Source of the DNA: Candidatus Zhuqueibacterota bacterium
GTDB lineage: Bacteria; Zhuqueibacterota; Zhuqueibacteria; Residuimicrobiales; Krinioviventaceae
Length of the DNA: 64,000 nt
NCBI GenBank assembly: GCA_034521575.1
Contig: JAXHMJ010000002.1
Location: 815,692-879,691 of the forward strand
Direction of reading: 5' to 3'
The position numbers and the translations under genes are program-made. Shown piece after piece: positions 22,831 through 33,990 of the stretch. Each line of letters starts with the position of its first letter. The stretch's first letter is position 1. The notes beneath the pieces were generated by a model that saw only the letters and a list, made by a program, of their open reading frames with translations, ran no database searches and had not been told where the DNA came from.

Positions 22831-23625
22831 CTATAACGTAGAGTAAAACAACATGGTGAATAAAAGGTCAGCAAGTACGACCAGGAAAATTGACGTCACC
22901 ACGGAGGCCGTTGTAGATTTTCCAACCCCCTCTGCTCCGCCTTTGACCTGAAATCCCTGAAAAGCTCCAACCTGTGCAATGATAATGGCGAAAAAGAAAC
23001 TTTTTATCAATCCGGTAATAAAATCTTTTGCCACAATAGCATTGATGGTTTCATTAAAATAGGCAACAAATGTCAATTGAAGATTGGCAACACCCAGGAC
23101 AAAACCGCCTGCAATCCCGACAAAATCGGCAACCACCGTCAAACAGGGAAGCACAAGCATCATGGCCAGAGTGCGCGGCACGACCAGGAATCCGACAGGA
23201 TTCAGCGCCATTGTCTGCAATGCGTCAATCTCTTCGGAGACTTTCATGGTGCCGATTTCTGCTGCAATCGCTGATCCGCTGCGGCCGGAAACCACAATAG
23301 CGGTGATCAGCGGACCCAGCTCACGGCACATTGCCACCCCCACAAGATCGGCCACATAGATCAGCGCTCCGAATTGTTCCAGCTGATAAGCAGCCTGCAT
23401 GGCAATGATCAATCCGGTACTGAATGCAATAATAGAAACGATCGGTATTGATTCCACCCCCATTCGGACCACCTGTGTACTGGTAAATGCCCAGCGAATT
23501 TTTTTACCCCGCCATGGTCCGGTAAAAATCCACGAGAGGGTCCGTCCGCTTTGTCTGAAAATTCTTGCCACATAGACCAAAAACAAAACAGCACGACGTC
23601 CGGTATTGCCTGCCTGCTGTTTCAT
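22831..23625 (-). CDS. mlaE: ABC transporter permease MlaE
   Basis: 264-aa polytopic protein typical of the MlaE/YrbE family. Confidence 0.85.
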   Translation of the reverse strand: MKQQAGNTGRRAVLFLVYVARIFRQSGRTLSWIFTGPWRGKKIRWAFTSTQVVRMGVESIPIVSIIAFSTGLIIAMQAAYQLEQFGALIYVADLVGVAMCRELGPLITAIVVSGRSGSAIAAEIGTMKVSEEIDALQTMALNPVGFLVVPRTLAMMLVLPCLTVVADFVGIAGGFVLGVANLQLTFVAYFNETINAIVAKDFITGLIKSFFFAIIIAQVGAFQGFQVKGGAEGVGKSTTASVVTSIFLVVLADLLFTMLFYSTL

Positions 23626-23972
23626 AACGGCAGATCCAGTTCTTTTTTTGCTGTGTTGATGTCATTATAAATTGTGAAAATTTTATCCAGTTTTGTGAGT
23701 TCGAAAACCTGGCGCACACTTTCCTGAAGACCGGCAAGCACAATTTTTCCGCCATACTTTTTGCTGTACTGCAGTCCTTCGATCAGCGTCGCAACCCCTG
23801 AACTGTCCATATAATTCACATTGTCCAGATTTACCAAAATCAATTGTACCTGTTTGTTTGCCGCGTTCATAATAGCTTTACGGACCAGGGGTGAAGAGTA
23901 CATATCAACTTCTCCACTGATCTCATAATAAGCAAACGCGGTATCGACATGTTCGTTGATCTTTAAATTCAA
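23622..23972 (-). CDS. STAS-domain anti-sigma-factor antagonist (SpoIIAA/RsbV-like)
   Basis: 116 aa. Contains NVNYMDSSGVATLIEGL. A phosphorylatable Ser is present in the conserved position. Confidence 0.8.
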   Translation of the reverse strand: MNLKINEHVDTAFAYYEISGEVDMYSSPLVRKAIMNAANKQVQLILVNLDNVNYMDSSGVATLIEGLQYSKKYGGKIVLAGLQESVRQVFELTKLDKIFTIYNDINTAKKELDLPL

Positions 23973-24394
23973 TTATTTCCTCGTGGTATTATTTTGTACA
24001 TGTATAACTTGTTACCGGATTTCTCCGCAAAAGACCATTCTGTAAAATCCATAACCGATTTAATCAGGTAAACACCCAGGCCGCCGGGACGAATTTCGTC
24101 GAGTTGCCTTGATTTTATTTTAGCAACATCAATCGGAGTTCCCGTATCCAATAGCGTAAACTCTATTTTTTCGTCATCAATTCCCGAAACAAGCCGTATC
24201 GTGTGATTTGTTTCCTGATGATAGGCATGGCGTATTATATTCGAACAGGCTTCATCAAGCGCCAAAACAATCTTGCTGCAAGTCCGTTTGTTGAATCCGG
24301 CCACATGACACATTTGTCCGACCGCTGCTCTGACGATACAGAGCAAAGCCGGGTCACTTGCGAATTGAATTTCCACATGTTTCTTCATAGCCAT
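23969..24394 (-). CDS. Anti-sigma regulatory factor, Ser/Thr kinase of the RsbW/SpoIIAB GHKL-ATPase type
   Basis: 141 aa. N-box LDEACSNIIRHAY and G-box PGGLGVYLI. Confidence 0.75.
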   Translation of the reverse strand: MAMKKHVEIQFASDPALLCIVRAAVGQMCHVAGFNKRTCSKIVLALDEACSNIIRHAYHQETNHTIRLVSGIDDEKIEFTLLDTGTPIDVAKIKSRQLDEIRPGGLGVYLIKSVMDFTEWSFAEKSGNKLYMYKIIPRGNN

Positions 24395-24411
24395 ATCAGC
24401 AAACCCGGTGT

Positions 24412-27126
24412 TCAGTGTGCTTCAAGCCAGCTTGCTCCTGCTCCAATGTCAACACGAATCGGGACATTGAGAGAAATAGCGTCTTCCATTTCCTGGCGTA
24501 TCAGCGGTTCAATATCTTTTAATTCCGATTCAGGACAATCGAATAACAACTCGTCATGAACTTGAATGATCATCAGAGTCTGCAGTTGTTCCGCTTCAAG
24601 CCTTTTTTGAATGCGAATCATTGCTATTTTGATTAAATCCGCTGCGCTTCCCTGAATCGGTGTATTGATTGCCGTTCGCTCGGCAAAATCCCGGACACGC
24701 CGGTTATCACTCTTGATCTCCGGCACGTAACGACGGCGATCATATAGAGTCGTAACAAATCCGTTTTCCCGGGCTTTGTGTACAATATCAACCATAAATC
24801 TCTGTACATCCGGATAATTTGCAAAATAGGATTTAATAAACTCGTTGGCTTGTTCAGGCGATATATCCAATCGATTGGCCAACCCGTAGGCGCCCATGCC
24901 GTACATGATGCCAAAGTTCACCTCTTTTGCTTTGCGACGCTGGTCCGCACTGACAGCTTGTTCTTCTACATCAAAGATCAGAGCGGCAGTACGTGTGTGC
25001 ACATCTTTGTCGTTTCTAAATGCTTCAATCAATGTCTCATCACCGGAAAGATGCGCCATAATACGCAATTCGATCTGAGAGTAATCTGCATCAATCAGAA
25101 CATGTCCCTTGGCCAGCGGAATAAAGGCGTTGCGAATTTTACGCCCGACTGACGTGCGTATGGGGATATTTTGTAAATTTGGATTACTGGACGACAGCCT
25201 GCCTGTCGCAGCAATCGTCTGATTGAATGATGTGTGTATTTTCCCGGTTTTGGGATGAATTAATTTAGGCAGAGCATCCACATAAGTTGATTTCAGCTTT
25301 GCCAGTTGACGATAATCCAATATGCTCTTGGGCAGATCGTGAGATTTTGCCAATTCTTCAAGAACAGAAACATCAGTGGAATAACCGGTTTTGGTGCGCC
25401 GGACCACGGGCAATTCGAGTTCCTCAAACAGAATCTTGCCCAGCTGCTTGGGCGAGTTGATATTGAACTCTATACCTGCCAATTCGTAAATCCGCTTTTC
25501 CAGCGATGTCAGTTCAGACTGCAATTCCTTTGACATGGTTCTCAAATAATCCAGGTCAAGAGAAACGCCGTTATATTCCATCTTTGCCAGAACATAAATC
25601 AAAGGCACTTCGATATCGGTCATCAGGCGTTCAAGGTTCATTTCCTGCATCTTGGGTTTCAAAAGTTCCCACAATCGCCACGTCATATCTGCGTCTTCAC
25701 CTGCATAATCACTGACCTGTTTAATCGGGATTTGATCCATGGTTTTTTCTTTTTTCCCCGCACCGATCAGTGTCTTGATAGGAATTTTCTTGACATCGAA
25801 ATAATGCAGACTCAAGGCGTCCAAACTATGCTGACGGACTGAAGGGTTCAAAAGATAATTGGCCACCATCGTATCAAACAGCAGACCCCGGACATAGATG
25901 CCAGAGTGCCAGAGCACTATTATGTCATATTTTGCATTATGCGCACATTTTGTTATCGATTCGTCCTCTAAAATCGGCTTGAGTTTGGCAAGCACCAGCT
26001 TGATATCCAAAGGCTGTTCTTCCTCCGTCAGCATGTCCGGCCCCTTGACCGGTAAATACCAGGCCTGTCCGCTTTTCCAGGAAAAAGAGAGGCCGACCAG
26101 CTCAGCGCGCATCGGTTCACTGCTGGTTGTTTCGGTATCAAAGGCAAAATGAGATTGCTGCGCAAGTTCTTTGATAAAACCATCAAACGTCTCGTCATCG
26201 CAAACACAGTTGTATTCAGTTTCAATTTTTTGTTTTTCAGGCGCGAAACGGTTCATCATGCCATGAATCTGCATACTTTGAAAAAATTTAAACGCTTTTT
26301 CCGAATCAATTTCCGGGCGTTTCAGGTCAAGCGGAGATAGGTTCAGCGGAACATTTAGATCAATGGTGGTGAGCTGTTCGGACAATTGTAGATGATTGTC
26401 CTCCTCTTGATCTTTTTCAATTTTAGTCCGGGTGCGATTGTCTTTCATCGAATCAAGATGAGCCAATATATCTTGAAGAGAATCATAGACCGTCAATAAC
26501 CGTGTCGCTGTTTTCGGACCAATCCCCTTTACGCCGGGAATATTATCCGAGGTATCACCTGTCAAGGCCAAAAAATCTTTAATCTTTTCAGGCGGGACCC
26601 CCATTTTTTCTTTTACACCATCCGCATCAAGCCATTGGGGTTTGCTGCCGGCCCGGCCGGGATCAAGAACCACAATCGAATCATCAACCAGCTGAAGCAA
26701 ATCTTTGTCGCCGGAGACAATCACGCTCTGTAGATTTTTTTCCACCGCCTGTTTGGCCAGAGTACCGATGACATCATCAGCCTCGAATCCATCCTTTAAC
26801 ACAATGGGAATATCAAGCGCTTTTAACAGTTCTGTGATTCTCGGCAGCTGATCCGACATATCCTGCGGCATCTCTTCTCGATTGGATTTGTATTCTTCAT
26901 AAAGTTTATGTCGAAAAGTAGGTTCAGATGTATCAAAAACAACGGCCAGGTATTCCGGATTTTCATCTTTTAAAAGATTAAATAACGTATTTGAAAATCC
27001 GTAAACAACACTGATATTTTCTCCGCGTGAATTTGTCAGAGGATTGCGCGCAAAGGCATAGTAGACCCGATAAGCCAGCGCCATTCCGTCGATTAAAAAC
27101 AAACGAGGCTTTATATTCATAAACAT
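24412..27126 (-). CDS. polA: DNA polymerase I
   Basis: 904 aa with 5'-3' exonuclease, 3'-5' exonuclease and polymerase domains (motifs RRxAKxxNFGxxYG and VHDE). Confidence 0.95.
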   Translation of the reverse strand: MFMNIKPRLFLIDGMALAYRVYYAFARNPLTNSRGENISVVYGFSNTLFNLLKDENPEYLAVVFDTSEPTFRHKLYEEYKSNREEMPQDMSDQLPRITELLKALDIPIVLKDGFEADDVIGTLAKQAVEKNLQSVIVSGDKDLLQLVDDSIVVLDPGRAGSKPQWLDADGVKEKMGVPPEKIKDFLALTGDTSDNIPGVKGIGPKTATRLLTVYDSLQDILAHLDSMKDNRTRTKIEKDQEEDNHLQLSEQLTTIDLNVPLNLSPLDLKRPEIDSEKAFKFFQSMQIHGMMNRFAPEKQKIETEYNCVCDDETFDGFIKELAQQSHFAFDTETTSSEPMRAELVGLSFSWKSGQAWYLPVKGPDMLTEEEQPLDIKLVLAKLKPILEDESITKCAHNAKYDIIVLWHSGIYVRGLLFDTMVANYLLNPSVRQHSLDALSLHYFDVKKIPIKTLIGAGKKEKTMDQIPIKQVSDYAGEDADMTWRLWELLKPKMQEMNLERLMTDIEVPLIYVLAKMEYNGVSLDLDYLRTMSKELQSELTSLEKRIYELAGIEFNINSPKQLGKILFEELELPVVRRTKTGYSTDVSVLEELAKSHDLPKSILDYRQLAKLKSTYVDALPKLIHPKTGKIHTSFNQTIAATGRLSSSNPNLQNIPIRTSVGRKIRNAFIPLAKGHVLIDADYSQIELRIMAHLSGDETLIEAFRNDKDVHTRTAALIFDVEEQAVSADQRRKAKEVNFGIMYGMGAYGLANRLDISPEQANEFIKSYFANYPDVQRFMVDIVHKARENGFVTTLYDRRRYVPEIKSDNRRVRDFAERTAINTPIQGSAADLIKIAMIRIQKRLEAEQLQTLMIIQVHDELLFDCPESELKDIEPLIRQEMEDAISLNVPIRVDIGAGASWLEAH

Positions 27127-27325
27127 TCCGTATATTGTATTCTCTTTACAAACTCTAATGTAAGGGTTAAATGTATGTTTTGCAACGGAAAATTCCCATA
27201 CAGTAAATCTTTATATTTGCCTCTGTACATAAAATCCATTATATTCTCTTGAGAAGAGGATATAGTCCGTCCTTTTCTCTCCGGCAACTCGTAGCAGGTA
27301 TTGCTTTTACAAATAGAGGTCCTTT

Positions 27326-28759
27326 ATGAAGTTTTCGTCCGGCATCACTATCTTGATTTTGTTTATCACGACCCATGGCCTGTATGGCGGCATTCATTCC
27401 GCTGCAAAAAGCCTTCCTTTAAATAACCGGGATTCAAAGTTTTCAGCTCCTGTGATTCATTTATCCGAAAAAGCTGCGTCTCCGGTCAGTCAGTTAGTCT
27501 TTCCAGCCACATCAAATAAAAGTGTCATTGACAGCATCATTTTCGTACGACAGGGCTATTATTACAAATACACCGGAGCCATGAACAGTGATCACAATTG
27601 GACCTCTACGTTATACCAGACCTGGGATTATGATTCGGACATTTGGAGTGACCTGTATCGGACTCTTTATAGGTATGATGCCCGGGGAAACCGAATCGAG
27701 ACTTTGGAGCAACTCTGGGACAATCAAGGTGCAAAGTGGGTTCAAGATACCCGCAATACACGCGCATTCAGCGATGACAAGCTCACAACACAGCTACAGG
27801 AAATGTGGAATAGCGAGGAACAAAGCTGGGAAAAAACGGAACAGGTTCATTTCGCTTGGGATAAAGACGGAAATATACAAAGCACAACACTGCAGTCCTG
27901 GGACAGCCTTTCCGGAAGCTGGAAAAATAATCGCAGTTACTCATTCACTTATACCGATAAAGGCCGGCAAGCCACGGGGCTTTTGCAAACCTGGGACGGT
28001 CAAAGCGAAACATGGGTGAACGAAATGCGGGAATTTTACACCTATTCACAAGGGAAATTAATACACTACCGGGCAGATCGGCTTGACAGCCTTTCAGGAA
28101 AATGGATCAACAATTGGCAGCAAACCAACCATTATGACAATGCCCGGCAATTAATTTACGCAATTTACAAACAGTGGATAGAGGATGAACAAGATTGGCG
28201 TAATGATCAGCAGGTACATTATGAATACGATGATAACGGCAACCGTCTGCATGGACTCTGGCAATCCTGGAACGCGCTCTACCAACGCTGGGAAGATTAC
28301 TGGATGATGACCTATGAATACGACGAGTCCGGAAATATGATACTATTTGAATCCAGAGGCTGGAACGGCTATGAATGGGTATCAGGATCCGCTGCCTGCG
28401 AATTTGAGGATGCCTATCACAATTTTTCATTCACTTGCAGTGAGTTGTCTGCATACTATTCCTCTGTCTCCCCGGTGCACCACCGAAATCAGCCTTTGAA
28501 TTTCAGACTGATGCAGAATTATCCCAATCCCTTTAACCCCGTAACCTGCATCGAATATGAGCTTTCGCATCCCTCCCACGTTCAGCTCATTGTTTACAAT
28601 GCAATTGGAGAGCAGATCGACAAGCTTGTTGATTCAATGCAATCAACAGGATCGCACCAGGTTATTTTTGACGGTAGCGCACTGCCCTCCGGATCGTATT
28701 ATTACATTCTAAAAACGGATCACAGAGTCGACTCTAAAAAAATGTTGATGATAAAGTGA
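27326..28759 (+). CDS. Secreted YD-repeat protein with a T9SS C-terminal sorting domain
   Basis: Signal peptide, repeated W-x-DxxGN / YxYDxxGN units (YRYDARGNRI, YEYDDNGNRL, YEYDESGNMI), and a C-terminal NYPNPFNP...LIVYNAIGEQI...SGSYYYIL. Confidence 0.7.
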   Translation: MKFSSGITILILFITTHGLYGGIHSAAKSLPLNNRDSKFSAPVIHLSEKAASPVSQLVFPATSNKSVIDSIIFVRQGYYYKYTGAMNSDHNWTSTLYQTWDYDSDIWSDLYRTLYRYDARGNRIETLEQLWDNQGAKWVQDTRNTRAFSDDKLTTQLQEMWNSEEQSWEKTEQVHFAWDKDGNIQSTTLQSWDSLSGSWKNNRSYSFTYTDKGRQATGLLQTWDGQSETWVNEMREFYTYSQGKLIHYRADRLDSLSGKWINNWQQTNHYDNARQLIYAIYKQWIEDEQDWRNDQQVHYEYDDNGNRLHGLWQSWNALYQRWEDYWMMTYEYDESGNMILFESRGWNGYEWVSGSAACEFEDAYHNFSFTCSELSAYYSSVSPVHHRNQPLNFRLMQNYPNPFNPVTCIEYELSHPSHVQLIVYNAIGEQIDKLVDSMQSTGSHQVIFDGSALPSGSYYYILKTDHRVDSKKMLMIK

Positions 28760-29164
28760 ATATTATATTATTTTAGCACATTTTTCTTGCATATTTGACA
28801 AATAATGACTAAATAAATGTACAGTCAATCCGGAACCGTTAGCTTTCAGACGCAAATTCCATTCATCGTCGAACGCTACAACGCATTCTGATGCTTGTGT
28901 TGAAAATTGGCACTACCCGGAACCACCATGACTCTGAATACACCCACCTAGACAAAGAACTCTGAAAATCATACAAAGATATAACCTTTTCTGAACCCGA
29001 ATCACTTTTTGTCCATAGGAATAATAAAGATTCGGTTTGCCTTTGCAATATCAGCCTTACTTTTTATAAAATAAGAATACAAGAGTCATTGGACTTGCGA
29101 CATCAAACGTTTGGCTTTATAATATTTTTAAATTCATTATTTACTAAACAGCGAGGGGAGTGCA

Positions 29165-32100
29165 ATGAAAACTCTGATTCTGTTGTTGCTGTGTGCTGGG
29201 ATGCTATGTCCTGTTCATTCCCAGACACTATCCGGCCGCGTCTATGAGGGCGCAACCGGGACCGAACCTCCGACAGCCAATCCGCTGAACGGGGTTACGG
29301 TGGAACTCTGGGGTTCAAACAATCAGGGAACTCTGGATCAAAGAGTTGATGTAACCACAACCAATTCAGAGGGGTGGTACGGTCTTGAAGCAGAAGGCTC
29401 CTGGGAGTTTTATTCCATCAAAGAAATCAATCCCGGCGGTTATTCTTCCAATGGCGCAACCAGCGTTGGCGGCGCCGTAAAAACAGCCGATCTGATCGAG
29501 TACATGTATCCGTTATCCGGGAAAACCTTGACCGGCAACAAATTCTGGGATGCCAAAGATCAGCCGGACAACAATCCGCCTGTGGCGGAAGCGGACGGTC
29601 CGTACAACGGCTACACGGGTGTTTCGATGACTCTGGACGGCAGCGGCTCCTGGGATCCGGATGTCGGCGATTCCATTACTCAGTACCAATGGGATCTGGA
29701 CGGGGACGGACAGTATGATGATGCCACAGGAGCTAAACCGCAGTATACCTGGAATTCTCTATTCTCCGGCACCATTTATTTACGTGTTTACGACAGCCAC
29801 AATTCGAGTGATGCTGATTCCGCTTCTGTCAATATCAGGGAATTTCAACAAGATAAAGCTGTGATCAAAGGCTTCAAGTTTAATGATCTCAATCAAAACG
29901 GACAGCGTGATTTAGGAGAACCGGGTATACCGGGATGGGAAATAGTATTGGATGAACATCCCTTTTCATCACCCGATCAATCAACATTAACCGACAGTAC
30001 GGGTGGATATTCATTTACCGTAAAACCGGAAAATGATAGCACATTGTGCCTTCTCTATGAAAAATCTAAAAACGGCTGGACTGTTACCTCTGACTCGGCC
30101 TATTATGTAAATGTACACGCAGGACAAGTCGTTACGGGCATTGATTTCGGTAATTATCAACGCGAATCCAGCGAGTTTTTTGATTTCGGTGATGTGCCAA
30201 CCCCCTATGACCCGTTCGCCCACTATACCGTGCATCAGTCCTTTTACCTGGGCAGCGGCATTGATTCTGAACTGGCGCATCAGCCGGACAGCGATGCGCA
30301 GGGCGACGACAAAGCGGATTCGGATGATGAAGACGGTATTGTACTGACCAGTGCGTTACTGCCCGGTCAGCATGCCAGTTTGGATGCCACGGTCTACGGC
30401 ACGGCTGAACATGAACCGCGGCTCGAAATCTGGATCGATTTTGATCAGAACAACGTCTGGGATAATTATGATAAAATTGTCGATGACCATGTAACCACGG
30501 GTACGTATACGTACCCGTTTCTGGTGCCGGGAACCGCTCTCACCGGCAAAACCTACATGCGCGCCATCTATAGTGACTGGGGGCCTTTCCCCCGAATGGC
30601 ATTGCGCATGGAGAAATTGAGGACTATGCCGTCGAAATTGGAACATCCGGTTCCATCACAGTCGTAAAAATCGCCTCTCCGGCGGATGATACACCGTTTC
30701 ATTTTGGAAGCGATCTCGGTCCGTTTACTCTGCAAGATCCGAGCAAACAGCATGTTCTCGCAGTTGGAATGGCACCTGGAGACTATATCATTCAGGAATA
30801 TCCGCCCATGGGCTGGAATTTGTTCAGTATTTTCATCACCGGTGATACGGACAACGGTTCCAGTATTGACTTGTCCTTGAATCAGGCGAAACTCGATTAT
30901 GATTCCGGTGAGGACATTGTGGTGTATTTTGAAAACCTGTATGAAGAACAACAGGAAGGCGTGGATTTCGGCGATGCACCGGATAGCTACCGAACCCGCA
31001 TGATTAGTAACGGCGCTTCGCATAGCGTCCATCACGATATTTCAATCGGTACACTGACGGATGCAGAGCCGGACGGCCTGCCCACTATTGCCGCGGACGG
31101 AGACGATAACGCAGACCAAAATGATGAAGACGGTGTGCTGATCACCGCTCCGTTCATGCCGGGATCACCGGGTACGGCAAAAATTGATGTTGAAAACCGG
31201 GGCGCAGTGGATGATTACGGATACGTCGTCGGCTGGATCGATTTCAACCGCGATAATTCATTTCAGCAAACCGAACTCATCGGCAGTCAATATTTGACCC
31301 TGACCGCGTCTTCTGTCACTTCCCACACCTTTAATTTTACCGTACCGGCCAATTCAATACCCGGCCCGACCTATGCGCGTTTCAGACTGTTTATCGGACG
31401 TCAGGAGCAGGGCGTGCAGTTTGTCCCCATCTGGTACGATTACGGCGGTGATGGTGAAGTTGAGGATTATATGGTTGAAATTGAGGGGGAACAGGAAAAT
31501 CTCGATTGGGGGGATGCTCCTTCTCCCTATCCGGCTGCCTCTCACACCATTGCTGGCGCATATATTGGTGGATCCGCAGCACCGGATGCAGAAACAGGGA
31601 TGCAGAGACATCCTCAGGCTCTTGGAGACGATCAGGATAGTGATGGAGATGATGAAGATGGATTTCAACAATTTTCAGATTTTGTACCGGGTCAGTTGAT
31701 GCATTTTGTATTAGTTACCACATATCCTGCTAATGATTCTGTCATGGCTTTCTTATGGATAGACTGGAACCAGGATAAGGATTGGGAGGATCCCGGCGAA
31801 GCTGTATTAACATTTAGCTATAATGCAAGCGGTTCAGGTAAGGGGTATTGCGTCATTGGCATGATCGCGCAAGTGCCGACATATGCTGTCCTTGGAAATA
31901 CATTTGCGCGAGTTCGTGTCGCAAGACCTGAAGGTCCGGGATTTTCCTCATATGGATACATGAAAAGCGGCGAAGTGGAAGATCATCTGGTTGTTGTCAA
32001 ATCAGAAGGCGATTCGATTCCGCAAGGAAGTATGCTGTTCGGCTACAAATGGAACGACCTGAACGGCAATGGTATATGGGATGTGGCACCGACACCGGAA

Positions 32101-33817
32101 CCACCGTTGCCCAACTGGACCATCTGGCTGGACATGAACAGCAACGGTGTGTATGACAGCGGCGATCTGACCACAACAACTGACGCCAGCGGCCGCTACC
32201 AGTTCAGCAATTTAGCGGATGGTTCGTACGTTGTCGGAGAACAACTGCAGAACGGCTGGACTCAAACCTATCCGCCGGCGCCGGGTACACATACCGTCTC
32301 GGTGGCTGTGGGCCAGATAGTACAGGCGGCCAATTTCGGCAATATGCAACAAGAACCCGGACCGGGAGACGGCGTATTAAAATGGTCGCAGCCGCCGCTG
32401 TTCGATCCCCTGTGGGAAGACACCACCTGTTATTTCGGCTGGGATGAACCGTCTATCTTTATGGAGCGCATGGCCGCGGATGACTGGTTCTGCTTTAATC
32501 CCCAGCCGGTCACATCTATCCGCTGGTGGGGTTCGTATACCAACTGGCGCCAAGACCTGCCGCCCGAACAGGCGCCGAATATGTTCCATCTGAGCATCTG
32601 GACGGATGTGCCCCGTGATGAAGAAAACGAATTCAGTCATCCGGGCGAACGGATCTGGGAATTGTTCATGCCTCGCGATGCTGTGAACGAACTGCCGGTA
32701 CGCTGCGACTTTTTCCCGGATCGCATGGATGAACCCGAAACCTGTTTCCGGTACCATATCAATCTTCCCAAGGATACCTGGTTCTATCAGGAAGGCGATT
32801 CAACGGTTTACTGGCTGTGCGTGACCGCTGTATATGAACAAGAGCCGCCGGAAGAACATATCTGGGGATGGAAGACGCGCATGCATTATTTCAATGATGA
32901 TGCGGTGCTGTTCCATTCCATTGAATCCAAAGACGGTCAGTTTGTATTTGAGGCCGGTGAACCCCTGGCGCCTCGCTGGGATTTGGCATTTGAACTGGGA
33001 ACAACGGAATATGAGTGGAATCTCGATTTCGGCGACGCTCCGGATTCCCGGCTATGCCACAACCCGCATGGCCAACGGCGCTCATCATCTGGTGGACCCA
33101 ATGTGCAAATCGGCGAGTTGATCGATGCGGAATCCGACGGTCAACCGCAATCCGATGCCAAGGGCGATGATGCCAACCATCTCAATGACGCCGACGGCGT
33201 GCGCTTTCTCACGGATTTTGTACCGGGTGAAACCGTAGAGATGCAAGTGGATCTGTCGAGTGCCGGCTATGTCAATGTCTGGCTGGATATTCATTCATTC
33301 CGGACACTGGTTCGATCCGCCTTCGCATGTCATTGATGACCTGTGGCTGCCGTCCGGCACTGAGAAACTCTCATTTGACCTGCCGGATGACACAGAACCC
33401 GGTGATTCTTATTTGCGACTCCGCTTCAGCACCCTTCCGGGACTGTGGTTCTGTGGATTTGCGCCGGACGGTGAAACACAGGATTATTGGGTCGACATTA
33501 AATCATTTAGCGGTGTGGACGATTCAAAGGGAATGCCTTCTGAATACAAACTGCACCCCAATATCCCGAATCCTTTTAATCCAAGCACCCGTTTGAGTTA
33601 TGATATACCGGCTGCCTCCAATGTCCGACTCACAATATACAATCTCAGGGGTCAGGAAATCCGGACACTCGCATCCGGACAACAGCCTGCCGGACGGCAT
33701 ACCGTCATCTGGGATGGCTGTGACAACAGCGGTCGATTGCTGCCAGGCGGAATTTACTTTGCCATATTCAAGGCAGGTGATTATAAAACCTCGCAGAAAC
33801 TTTTACTGCTGAAATAA
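29165..33817 (+). CDS. Giant (~1550 aa) secreted surface protein with a PKD domain, SdrD-B/Cna-B-like domains, several GEVED domains and a T9SS C-terminal domain. Frameshifts near 30650 and 33280 split it into ORFs 29165..30667, 30769..33336 and 33260..33817.
   Basis: Signal peptide MKTLILLLLCAGMLCPVHSQ. PKD domain (DGSGSWDPD...YQWDLDGDG). Repeated FGDxPxxY...DDEDG(I/V) GEVED-like modules. SdrD-B-like KGFKFNDLNQNG and GYKWNDLNGNG. Terminal NIPNPFNP...LTIYNLRGQEI...GGIYFA. Confidence 0.75.
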
Positions 33818-33844
33818 TATTATTCAAAATCATCATTAGAATGA

Positions 33845-33880
33845 AACAGCAGGCTGACGCGATCAGTCTGCTGTTTTTTT
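33845..33880 (+). terminator. Intrinsic terminator after the giant adhesin gene
   Basis: CAGCAGGCTGA...TCAGTCTGCTG stem followed by TTTTTTT. Confidence 0.6.
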
Positions 33881-33990
33881 GCATATCACCTCCCACCCCA
33901 TCACTGCTGAAAAATCTTCTTGCTTGCTTGATAATATTTCGTTATTTTAGCTTAAACCTTTAAGGCCTATGCAAAACATCAGGAACTGTT

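Noticed and set aside
23070-23360. Plus-strand ORFs of 65-91 aa rich in Arg/Gln/Pro inside mlaE
   Set aside because: They lie antisense to a well-supported membrane-permease gene and have no independent signals.
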